From an uncultured Eubacteriales bacterium (GTDB lineage Bacteria > Bacillota > Clostridia > Oscillospirales > CAG-382): 64,000 bases of DNA. The DNA lies in contig CAKSOW010000003.1 in NCBI GenBank assembly GCA_934479825.1, positions 64,604 through 128,603 on the forward strand, read 5' to 3'. Below the pieces are notes generated by a model that was given only the letters and a program-made list of their open reading frames with translations, was not told the origin of the DNA and did no database searches. Of the stretch, positions 9,994 to 18,167 are shown in pieces (position 1 is the first letter of the stretch; each line of letters begins with the position of its first letter). A program made the translations under genes and the position numbers.

Positions 9994-10686
9994 TTAGCGT
10001 CCCTCGCGTGTGATGACCACGAGCGCCGTTTTGAATAAAAGTTTCAAATCCGTGAGCATGGTTCGGTGCTCGATGTAGTCGATGTCCATTTCGACCCACT
10101 TGTCAAACGGGATATCGTTGCGGTCGTTTGCCGTCTGCCAATAGCAGGTTAGTCCCGGAGTCACCACAAGGCGAAGCTTCTGATAATCGTCATATTGGGC
10201 AACTTCTTCCGGAAGCGGCGGCCGCGGACCGACAAGGCTCATATCGCCCCTTATCACATTGATAAGCTGTAAAATCTCATCAATACTGGTCTGCTGTAAG
10301 AAACGTCCCACACGCGTGATACGCGGATCGTCCTTGATTTTGAACACCGGGCCGTCCATTTCATTCTGCGATTCCAGTTCTTTTCTTAACTGTTCGGCAT
10401 TGCAGACCATGGTGCGGAATTTATACATGGTAAAAGGCTTTCCGTGCCGTCCGACGCGTTTTTGGCGAAAGATCGGACTGCCGTGCGGATCGTCTAAAAA
10501 GATAAGTATGTAAATTAGTAAAAGAAACGGTGACAGAATCAATGCAACAAGAATGGAAACCGTTAAGTCAAACGCGCGCTTTTTCAGCCAATAATTCTTT
10601 TTCGGCGCTTTGAACAGCCGATCCATGCTCTCTTTCGTTTTTTCATCCACTTTGTTATAATCAATAAATACTTCCGCCCGATTCAT
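9994..10686 (-). CDS. Undecaprenyl-phosphate sugar phosphotransferase (small monotopic 'bacterial sugar transferase', priming enzyme)
   Basis: Motifs PIFRQKRVGRHGKPFTMYKFRTM, PRITRVGRFLQQTSIDEILQLINVIRGDMSLVGPRPPLPEE. It is the first gene after the promoter and leader. RBS AGGGAGG. Confidence 0.9.
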   Translation of the reverse strand: MNRAEVFIDYNKVDEKTKESMDRLFKAPKKNYWLKKRAFDLTVSILVALILSPFLLLIYILIFLDDPHGSPIFRQKRVGRHGKPFTMYKFRTMVCNAEQLRKELESQNEMDGPVFKIKDDPRITRVGRFLQQTSIDEILQLINVIRGDMSLVGPRPPLPEEVAQYDDYQKLRLVVTPGLTCYWQTANDRNDIPFDKWVEMDIDYIEHRTMLTDLKLLFKTALVVITREGR

Positions 10687-10700
10687 GGCTTTACCTCCCT

Positions 10701-10742
10701 AAAAAATAAAAAAGACTGACTGCACAAACCAGGCAGTCAGTC
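10701..10742 (-). terminator. Intrinsic terminator in the 5' leader of the EPS operon (riboswitch expression platform)
   Basis: Minus strand reads GACUGACUGC-CUGGUUUGU-GCAGUCAGUC followed by UUUUUUAUUUUUU. This lies directly upstream of the RBS of the sugar transferase gene. Confidence 0.8.
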
Positions 10743-10821
10743 GATCATTCCGTTTCCGGGTTAGACACTTAACTTTGCGTCCCCACTTTTCAATGGGTTT
10801 GCCAAAAAGACTATAAAACTG
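10734..10821 (-). ncRNA. c-di-GMP-I (GEMM-I) riboswitch aptamer
   Basis: Minus strand contains GGCAAACCCAUUGAAAAGUGGGGACGCAAAG: the GGCAAAC junction, a P2 hairpin capped by a GAAA tetraloop, and the ACGCAAAG motif. Next comes a second hairpin with a CUAA receptor-like bulge. A P1 pairing (CAGU..AGUC / GACU.ACUG) overlaps the terminator's 5' arm. Confidence 0.75.
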
Positions 10822-10877
10822 TCAGACGCTATCCTGATATTTGGCATAGCGAGAGGGATTCTTCCATTAACGACAAA

Positions 10878-10906
10878 ATTATACATGAAATGACCCGATT
10901 TGTCAA
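10878..10906 (-). promoter_or_regulatory. Sigma-A promoter of the EPS operon
   Basis: Minus strand reads TTGACA, a 17-nt spacer, then TATAAT (both hexamers are exact consensus), about 190 nt upstream of the first ATG. Confidence 0.75.
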
Positions 10907-11050
10907 GCTTTTTTGAAAGTGCCGGTCAAAACGGCCAAAGCCGCGTAAATCCAGTATTTTGCGCTGTTTTCTCCCCCAAAGCAGTCAATTGTCCCGGTGC
11001 AAAGCGGATTTTTATGTGTGTCGCATTTGTAAATATTTCTCTTTTATGCT

Positions 11051-11078
11051 TTTACAACCGAAATTTTATGCTATTATA
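11051..11078 (+). promoter_or_regulatory. Possible promoter for topB
   Basis: TTTACA, 16 nt, TATTAT, about 60 nt upstream of the topB ATG. Confidence 0.35.
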
Positions 11079-11135
11079 TAGCTAAAACAGTGAATTGCAG
11101 AACTTGTCGGAAACGCCCGACCGGAGGAAAATAAC

Positions 11136-13379
11136 ATGTCAAAAACCATTGTACTTGCGGAAAAACCGTCGGTTGCAAGAGAACTGGCCGCCGTGCTCGG
11201 CTGCCGTATACGCGGCGACGGCTGTCTTATCGGCGAAAAATACACCGTCACCTGGGCGCTCGGTCATCTTGTCACGCTGGCCGACCCGGAACAATACGAC
11301 GAAAAATATAAAAAATGGTCGATGGAGACCCTGCCCATGCTCCCGGAAAAAACCGAACTGTGCGTCATTCCCGAAACCAAGAAGCAATATGCCGCCGTCA
11401 AGAAACTCATCAAGGACAAGGATACCGACTGCGTCATTATTGCCACCGACGCCGGACGCGAGGGCGAACTTGTGGCGCGCTGGATCTTGGAAAAGGCCGG
11501 CTACAAAGGGGCAATCAAACGCCTTTGGATCTCTTCACAGACCGAAAAAGCCATCAAAGAGGGCTTTGCACACTTAAAGGACGGAAAAGATTATGTCAAT
11601 CTCGCCAATGCCGCCAAAGCACGTGCCGAAGCGGATTGGTTGGTCGGGCTCAATGTCACGCGCGCACTCACCTGTCACTATGGGGCAAGTCTTTCAGCCG
11701 GCCGCGTGCAGACCCCGACGCTGGCGCTCATTGTGCGCCGTGAGCAGGAAATAAGCAATTTCAAGCCGCGCGACTATTTCAACGTGCGCGCGCTTTTCAA
11801 AACGCCCGGCGGTTCGTTCTCAGCGCTTTGGAAAAACGAAAAGAAACTGTCAGCCATTTCCGATATCGACACGGCAAACGCACTTTGCGCCAAGATTAAG
11901 GGCGGCTCGTTCGCCGTGTCCGAGATTACGTCAACTACCGTCAAAAAGCCGTCGCCCGCCCTGTACGACCTTACCGAATTACAGCGCGACGCCAATAAAC
12001 TCTACAAAATGTCCCCCAAGGAAACGCTTTCGGTCATGCAGCGCCTGTATGAGATCCACAAGGTGCTCACCTATCCGCGCACCGATTCGCGCTACCTTTC
12101 GGACGACATTGTTCCGACGCTTCCCGAACGGCTCCGCGCTATGCGTGTCGGAACACTTGCCGCACCGGCAAACGATGTGCTCCGCTCCGGGAAAAGCATT
12201 CACGCGTCTTGTGTGAACAATGCCAAGGTCTCGGATCACCACGCCATCATTCCGACCGAAAAAACGCCGGATCTTGCGTCGTTCAACACCGATGAAAAGC
12301 GAATCTACTTATTGGTCGCGCTCCGTTTTTTATGCTGTTTTATGCCGGATTATACCTATAAACAGATTAAGGCTACGCTAATCTGCGGCGGCGAAAGCTT
12401 TTATGCGGCAGGCAAAAGCGTCGTGGATGAAGGGTGGAAAAAACTGTCGGTCACGCCGGACGAGGACGAGGAAAATGCAGACACCGACCAGGCGGAAATC
12501 GAAAGCGATTCGCTCCCGCCGCTCGAAAAGGGCGCCAAGCTTGTCTGTGCCGACACGCTCATCAAGGCGCAAAAGACCTCCGCGCCCTCGCGCTATACCG
12601 AAGCCTCCCTCCTTTCCGCCATGGAGAATCCCTCCAAATACATCACCGACCGCGCTATGAAAGAATACATCGGCGGCGGACTCGGAACACCGGCCACACG
12701 GGCGGATATCATTGAAAAATTATATTCTTCGTTTTACATTGAAAAGAAAGACAACGTCATTCATCCGACTTCCAAGGGCATCCAGATTATCGGTCTCGTT
12801 CCGCCGGAATTAAAAGAACCGCTTCTCACGGCGACCTGGGAACAGCGATTGGAGGCTATTGCGCACGGAAACGGTAAAAAAGACGAATTCATCGGCGAGA
12901 TGAAGCAATATGCTGCCGAACTGGTGCGCACGGTCGCTGCAAGCGACGCCGTCTACAAACACGACAATGTGACGCGCACCCCCTGCCCGGTCTGCGGCAA
13001 ATACATGCTGGAAGTCAAGGGCAAAAAGGGAAAAATGCTTGTCTGCCCGGACAGAACCTGCGGCTATCGGGAAAATCTTTCGGTAATCACCGGCGCAAGA
13101 TGTCCCGAATGTCACAAAACCACGGAGCTCCGCGGCAAGGACGATAAACGGATTTTTGTCTGCTCTTGCGGCTTCAAGCAGAAATACGACGTCTTTACAG
13201 CTAAGCGGAAAGAAAATGCGTCTTCCGCCAACAAGCACTACGTTTCGCACTTTTTGCAGAATCAGAACAAAGCCGAACCGAAAGGCGAAAGCGCTTTTGC
13301 CGAGGCTTTGAAAAAAGCGCTTTCCGAAAGCGGAAAGGACACGTCAAAAGCCGGGAAAGGCGGCAAAGGTAAAAAATAA
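11136..13379 (+). CDS. topB: DNA topoisomerase III
   Basis: Toprim N-terminus (IVLAEKPSVARELA), type IA core (YPRTDSRYLS active-site Tyr region) and C-terminal CxxC zinc ribbons. 747 aa. Confidence 0.9.
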   Translation: MSKTIVLAEKPSVARELAAVLGCRIRGDGCLIGEKYTVTWALGHLVTLADPEQYDEKYKKWSMETLPMLPEKTELCVIPETKKQYAAVKKLIKDKDTDCVIIATDAGREGELVARWILEKAGYKGAIKRLWISSQTEKAIKEGFAHLKDGKDYVNLANAAKARAEADWLVGLNVTRALTCHYGASLSAGRVQTPTLALIVRREQEISNFKPRDYFNVRALFKTPGGSFSALWKNEKKLSAISDIDTANALCAKIKGGSFAVSEITSTTVKKPSPALYDLTELQRDANKLYKMSPKETLSVMQRLYEIHKVLTYPRTDSRYLSDDIVPTLPERLRAMRVGTLAAPANDVLRSGKSIHASCVNNAKVSDHHAIIPTEKTPDLASFNTDEKRIYLLVALRFLCCFMPDYTYKQIKATLICGGESFYAAGKSVVDEGWKKLSVTPDEDEENADTDQAEIESDSLPPLEKGAKLVCADTLIKAQKTSAPSRYTEASLLSAMENPSKYITDRAMKEYIGGGLGTPATRADIIEKLYSSFYIEKKDNVIHPTSKGIQIIGLVPPELKEPLLTATWEQRLEAIAHGNGKKDEFIGEMKQYAAELVRTVAASDAVYKHDNVTRTPCPVCGKYMLEVKGKKGKMLVCPDRTCGYRENLSVITGARCPECHKTTELRGKDDKRIFVCSCGFKQKYDVFTAKRKENASSANKHYVSHFLQNQNKAEPKGESAFAEALKKALSESGKDTSKAGKGGKGKK

Positions 13380-14013
13380 TGCAAAATCAGAACAGAGAGA
13401 AATGGCTGTCCTGGACCATGGAAATCCAAAGTCTTGCGCAGGCAGGGCTTGCCTACACGACGAATGTTTACGATATAGAACGCTATGAGCGGCTTCGGGA
13501 CATTTCTGCGGAAATGATGGCGGAAAAGACCGGCTATCCGCTTGAAAAGGTGAAAGACCTCTTTTGCAGCGAAGCCGGCTATCAGACGCCGAAGATCGAT
13601 ACGCGCGCCGTTGTGTTTAAATTAAAGACGGAAAAATTCTTCTCACACACGAAAAAAACGGAACATGGGCGCTGCCGGGCGGCTGGTGCGACGTACTGCA
13701 ATCGGTCGGCTCCAACACGGTCAAGGAGTTGAAAGAAGAAACGGGACTTGACGGAAACCCCGTGCGTTTAGTGGCCGTTCAAGATCGGAACAAGCACAAT
13801 TTTCCGCTCTATGCCTACGGTATCTGCAAAGTTTTTATTCTCTGCGAAGTGACCGGAGGGCAGTTTGAACCCAACAGCGAAACCACTGAAATCGCCTATT
13901 TTGCGCTGGATTCGCTTCCCGAAAATCTGGCCAACGAAAAAACGACCGCCGAGCAGATAAAACTGTGCTTTGAAGCGTATGAAAATCCGGATATGCCAGT
14001 CTATTTCGACTGA
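13379..14013 (+). pseudogene. NUDIX hydrolase (with Nudix_N-type N-terminal domain) interrupted by a frameshift
   Basis: ORF 13379-13732 encodes the N-domain up to TPKIDTRAVVFK. The Nudix fold and box (DGKILLTHEKNGTWALPGGWCDVLQSVGSNTVKELKEETGL) continue in another frame from about 13621 and join ORF 13729-14013. The switch is at the T3A3 run at 13616-13621. Confidence 0.7.
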
Positions 14014-14101
14014 ATGGCGTTAAATTCGGAAAACATTTGAATAATTTTGGCAAGTGCCGTCTCACTTTCATCGGTTATCACACAAAATTCATGAAATACG
14101 C

Positions 14102-14130
14102 TTTACAAAAGCATAAAAAGCTGTTATAAT
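14102..14130 (+). promoter_or_regulatory. Sigma-A promoter upstream of the yerC-like gene
   Basis: TTTACA, 17 nt, TATAAT. Confidence 0.55.
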
Positions 14131-14185
14131 AATATGTAATGATTTTCTGCGGCGAAAGCCGTCTGTTTCAGAAAGGACAACGTTC

Positions 14186-14479
14186 ATGAACGAAAAGCTC
14201 AAAAGTGCGGATGTCAATAATCTTTTTCATGCAATCTTATCTTTAAAGGACATAAACGAATGCTATGATCTGTTTGAGGATCTGTGCACGGTCGCCGAGA
14301 TCAAGGAAATGGCCAAGCGTTTCCGTGCAGCCAAAATGCTGTCGGACGGGGCAAAATATACCGAAATATCCGACGCGACCGGTTTATCCACCGCGACCAT
14401 CAGCCGTGTGAACCGTTCCTTGAAATACGGCACGGACGGCTACATGAAAATGCTTGCGAGAATCGATTATGAAGACTAA
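14186..14479 (+). CDS. YerC/YecD family TrpR-related DNA-binding protein
   Basis: 97 aa. The pattern LFEDLCTVAEIKEMAKRFRAAKML..G..YTEISDATGLSTATISRVNRSLKYG is typical of the family. Confidence 0.8.
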   Translation: MNEKLKSADVNNLFHAILSLKDINECYDLFEDLCTVAEIKEMAKRFRAAKMLSDGAKYTEISDATGLSTATISRVNRSLKYGTDGYMKMLARIDYED

Positions 14480-15239
14480 CGAATACGGGAAGTATCTGTC
14501 GGAAGCATACGACATACTGGAAACCGATGTAAACTACGAGGAGTGGGCGGAGTTTTATCTTGCCTGCATGCAGAAATTTACGGGCAAAAAGCCGGTACAT
14601 GTATGCGATATGGCTTGCGGCACAGGAAAATTATCGGTCGCGTTAGACAAGCGCGGCTGTAAAGTGACAGCTTTCGACCTGTCCGAAGAGATGTTAACGC
14701 TTGCGGACAAACGCGCCCGCGAGGAAGATGCCGGCAATGTCCGCTTTACCCGGCAGGATTTGCGCGATTTCCGCGTCTACACGCCGGCGGAATTATGCGT
14801 ATGCATGATGGACGGAATCAATTGTCTCGGCACGCCGACCGATGTTTCAAGCGCCTTTGAAAGTGTTTACCGGGCGCTCACAGACGGCGGTCTTTTCATT
14901 TTTGATGTCAATTCACGGCATAAATTTGAAGAGACCTACGGCGAAAACGCATATCTTCTGGAAAATGAAAACGTCTTTTTGGCTTGGCAGAATTTTTATG
15001 AGCCGTCTGCCAAAAAATGCGACATGTTTCTCACGTTTTTCGTCCAAAACGAGGACGGAAAGTACGAGCGGTTCGACGAATCGATACGCGAGCGCATGTA
15101 TCCGGCAAAAACATTAGACCGCTTGCTTGACCGCGCCGGTTTCGACGTGCTTTGCCGCACATCGGACTTTGATTTTACCCCGGCAGATGAAACGGTATGT
15201 GACCGCATCTTCTACATCTGCCGTAAAAAGGATGAATAG
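14469..15239 (+). CDS. Class I SAM-dependent methyltransferase
   Basis: Motif I VCDMACGTGKLSVAL, acidic FDLSEEML, and motif post-II. The start is taken at the ATG at 14469 (MKTNEY), which overlaps the upstream stop. Confidence 0.8.
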   Translation: MKTNEYGKYLSEAYDILETDVNYEEWAEFYLACMQKFTGKKPVHVCDMACGTGKLSVALDKRGCKVTAFDLSEEMLTLADKRAREEDAGNVRFTRQDLRDFRVYTPAELCVCMMDGINCLGTPTDVSSAFESVYRALTDGGLFIFDVNSRHKFEETYGENAYLLENENVFLAWQNFYEPSAKKCDMFLTFFVQNEDGKYERFDESIRERMYPAKTLDRLLDRAGFDVLCRTSDFDFTPADETVCDRIFYICRKKDE

Positions 15240-15326
15240 CCACCTATAAAAGCACTGCGCAAGAGCATTTGCGGCTGTTTTTCCGCCTTTTTACTTTTTA
15301 TTTCACTCATCTCCAAGGAGTACGCC

Positions 15327-16214
15327 ATGCTCGGAAATACCATCACCAGAGCCATGACCGTCTGCGGAAACGCACGCGTCATTCTGATAAATTCGCGCGA
15401 AATGGTAAACGACGCCATTCGCATTCACCATTTGTCGCCGACGGCGGCCGCCGCTCTCGGACGCACCCTGACAGCCGCCTCCATGATCGGCGTTATGCTC
15501 AAAAACAAGGACGATTCGGTCACCGTTTCTTTTAACGGAGACGGCGTTTGCGGCAAGATTTTAGCGGTAGCCGACTATTACGGCAACACAAAAGGATATG
15601 TCGAACATCCCGAAGCCGACCTGCCGCTCAATTCCAAGGGAAAACTCGATGTTGCCGGTGCGGTCGGGCACGGCATGCTTTATATTGTGCGCGACGAGGG
15701 CGCAAAAGAACCTTACGTCGGCGCAACGCCGATCGTGTCAGGCGAGATTGCCGAGGACATCACCGATTATTATGCCCGAAGCGAGCAGATTCCGACAGTC
15801 TGTGCGCTTGGCGTATTGGTCGGAAACGATTATACCTGCCGATCAGCCGGCGGCTACATGATCCAACTGTTACCCGGCGCGGACGAGGCGTTCATCGACA
15901 AACTGGAAGCGCGTATTCCCCTCATTCCGCCGGTTTCGACGCTGTTTTCAACCGGAAAGACCAACGCCGAATATTTAAAGGACATCATGGGCGACATTGC
16001 ATGCGACATTTTCGATGAAGCCGATGTCTCCTATCACTGCGACTGCACCAAAAGCCGTGTGGAACGGGCGCTCATCAGCATTGGGGAAAAAGAATTAAAC
16101 GAAATGATTGACGAGAACAAGAATTTCGACGTCACCTGCCAGTTCTGCGACAAGATCTACACCTTTACGCCGGACGATCTGCGGCAACTCTTGAAAAGGG
16201 CAAAAAACAAATGA
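15327..16214 (+). CDS. hslO: Redox-regulated chaperone Hsp33
   Basis: Hsp33 fold sequence and the C-terminal zinc centre CDC...CQFC. Confidence 0.9.
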   Translation: MLGNTITRAMTVCGNARVILINSREMVNDAIRIHHLSPTAAAALGRTLTAASMIGVMLKNKDDSVTVSFNGDGVCGKILAVADYYGNTKGYVEHPEADLPLNSKGKLDVAGAVGHGMLYIVRDEGAKEPYVGATPIVSGEIAEDITDYYARSEQIPTVCALGVLVGNDYTCRSAGGYMIQLLPGADEAFIDKLEARIPLIPPVSTLFSTGKTNAEYLKDIMGDIACDIFDEADVSYHCDCTKSRVERALISIGEKELNEMIDENKNFDVTCQFCDKIYTFTPDDLRQLLKRAKNK

Positions 16215-17653
16215 CCATTCACAAAACAAACGTTTTAAACGAAAACACGGACGATATAGCCAATCAGAAAAAATATGCCGACCGCGTGCGGCTTTTGCTA
16301 AGTGAAAAAGAAAAACGCTTAGGCAGAAAGCTTGCCGTTTTTGTTCAGACCTTCGGCTGCCAGCAGAACGAAGCCGACAGTGAGCGTTTGATCGGCTCGG
16401 CCTTGTCGCTCGGCTACGAAAAGGCCGACGCGCCCGAAAAGGCGGATCTCATCATCTACAACACCTGTGCGGTGCGCGAGCATGCCGAATTGAAAGCATT
16501 GTCCAAGACCGGACAGTTAAAACATATCAAAGCCGCCAATCCCGAACTGTTGGTCGGACTTTGGGGCTGCATGGTAAACCAAGAGCACCGCGTTTCCGAT
16601 ATCAAAAACAAATACCCTTATGTCGATTTCGTAGCCGGCACGAACATGCTGCACCGGTTACCCGAAATTTTATGCGACGTATTGGTCAATCACCGCCGCC
16701 GCTACTATGTGGAGGACGGCGATACGCCGATTGTGGAGGGAGTGCCGGTCAGCCGCGAAAGCGATATCAAAGCATGGCTTTCCATCATGTACGGCTGCGA
16801 CAATTTCTGCACCTACTGCGTTGTGCCGCATGTGCGCGGCAGAGAGCGGAGCAGAAAGCCGGATTCGGTGATTGAAGAAGCAAGGGAACTCATTGACAGC
16901 GGTTGCCGGGAGATCACTTTACTCGGGCAAAATGTCAATTCCTATGGCAAAGGGCTTGAAGAACCGTGCAGTTTTGCACAGCTTTTAGAAAAAGTCTGCT
17001 CGCTTGACGGTGACTATTTAGTCCGTTTCATGACTTCTCACCCGAAAGACGTTTCGGATGAGCTGATCGAGGTCATGCGCACGCATCCTCATGCCGCAAG
17101 GCACTTTCATTTGCCGGTACAGTCCGGAAACAACCGTATCCTTGCGAAAATGAACCGCAAATACACCCGCGAAGCCTATATGGAGGTCGTGAAAAAGCTG
17201 CGCGCCGCCATGCCGGATATCACCTTAACGACCGATATTATCATCGGTTTTCCCGGAGAAACGGCCGAGGAATTTGAGGATACGTTAAACTTGGTGCGCG
17301 AGGTTGGATACGATTCCATTTTCGCGTTCATCTATTCACCGCGCAAAGGTACGCCGGCGGCTGACATGGACGATCCCGTTACCTATGAGGAAAAGACTGA
17401 GCGCTTTGCCCGGCTTATGGCTCTGCACCATGAAAACATCGTGCGCATAAATGAGACGTTTGTGGGCAAAACAATAAAGGTTTTATGTGAGACGCCGGAC
17501 ACACCCGACAACACGTCCTTTTCCGGCCGCAGTTCGGGCAACAAACTCATCCGCTTTACCGCGCCGCGCGGTTCGGCACTCTATGGAAAGTTTGTGGATG
17601 TGAAAATCGACCGTGCCGGAGACGTACAGATTTACGGTGAAGCGGTTTTATAG
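16211..17653 (+). CDS. miaB: tRNA-2-methylthio-N6-dimethylallyladenosine synthase (radical SAM methylthiotransferase)
   Basis: UPF0004 domain (VQTFGCQQNEADSE), radical SAM CDNFCTYCVVP, and a TRAM domain at the C-terminus. ATGA overlap with hslO. Confidence 0.9.
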   Translation: MTIHKTNVLNENTDDIANQKKYADRVRLLLSEKEKRLGRKLAVFVQTFGCQQNEADSERLIGSALSLGYEKADAPEKADLIIYNTCAVREHAELKALSKTGQLKHIKAANPELLVGLWGCMVNQEHRVSDIKNKYPYVDFVAGTNMLHRLPEILCDVLVNHRRRYYVEDGDTPIVEGVPVSRESDIKAWLSIMYGCDNFCTYCVVPHVRGRERSRKPDSVIEEARELIDSGCREITLLGQNVNSYGKGLEEPCSFAQLLEKVCSLDGDYLVRFMTSHPKDVSDELIEVMRTHPHAARHFHLPVQSGNNRILAKMNRKYTREAYMEVVKKLRAAMPDITLTTDIIIGFPGETAEEFEDTLNLVREVGYDSIFAFIYSPRKGTPAADMDDPVTYEEKTERFARLMALHHENIVRINETFVGKTIKVLCETPDTPDNTSFSGRSSGNKLIRFTAPRGSALYGKFVDVKIDRAGDVQIYGEAVL

Positions 17654-17684
17654 CCGATACGCCTAAAACCCGGAAAGGAAAACT

Positions 17685-18110
17685 ATGGGAAACAACGAAA
17701 TTATTGAGCTTGCCAAGTCCCTTGGCGAAGCGTTGAAAAACTGCGAAGAATACAAGGCTTTCTGCGAAACACGCGATGAAATGCGGAAAAACGTCCTTTT
17801 AAAGGAACAATTAGACGAATTTAAGGTTCAGAAGAGCGTTTTGGAAGTGGAAAAGGAAAAGGGCGAACCGGACGAACACGTCGTGGACGTCCTTTCGGCA
17901 CGTCTTGAAGTCTTATATAAGCAGATCACGGAAAATCCGCAGATGAAAGCCTACACGAAAGCCGAAGAGGATTTAAACCTGTTAATGAATGCGGTCAATA
18001 TGACCATTTCCTCCTACATCGGTGCGGAAGAATACACCGCTGATGCCTCCGAGGACGAGGACGCAGAGGGCTGCACGCACAACTGCTCGACCTGCCGCGG
18101 CTGTCATTAA
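17685..18110 (+). CDS. YlbF/YmcA family regulatory protein with a Cys-rich C-terminal tail
   Basis: 141 aa, helical and Glu/Lys-rich, with a UPF0342-like pattern. The tail is CTHNCSTCRGCH. Position upstream of mutS, which I recall as typical for Clostridia. Confidence 0.65.
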   Translation: MGNNEIIELAKSLGEALKNCEEYKAFCETRDEMRKNVLLKEQLDEFKVQKSVLEVEKEKGEPDEHVVDVLSARLEVLYKQITENPQMKAYTKAEEDLNLLMNAVNMTISSYIGAEEYTADASEDEDAEGCTHNCSTCRGCH

Positions 18111-18167
18111 AACCGACAGCAAAATACAAAACTTTTTCCGCAAAACGACACGAAAGGGGTGGTTTGC

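Noticed and set aside
13611-13630. Programmed -1 ribosomal frameshift at TTTAAAT in the NUDIX gene
   Set aside because: In the upstream reading frame the codons are GTG-TTT-AAA-TTA, so the X-XXY-YYZ slippery register is not satisfied. No downstream stimulatory structure is evident. A simple indel in the T3A3 run explains the split.
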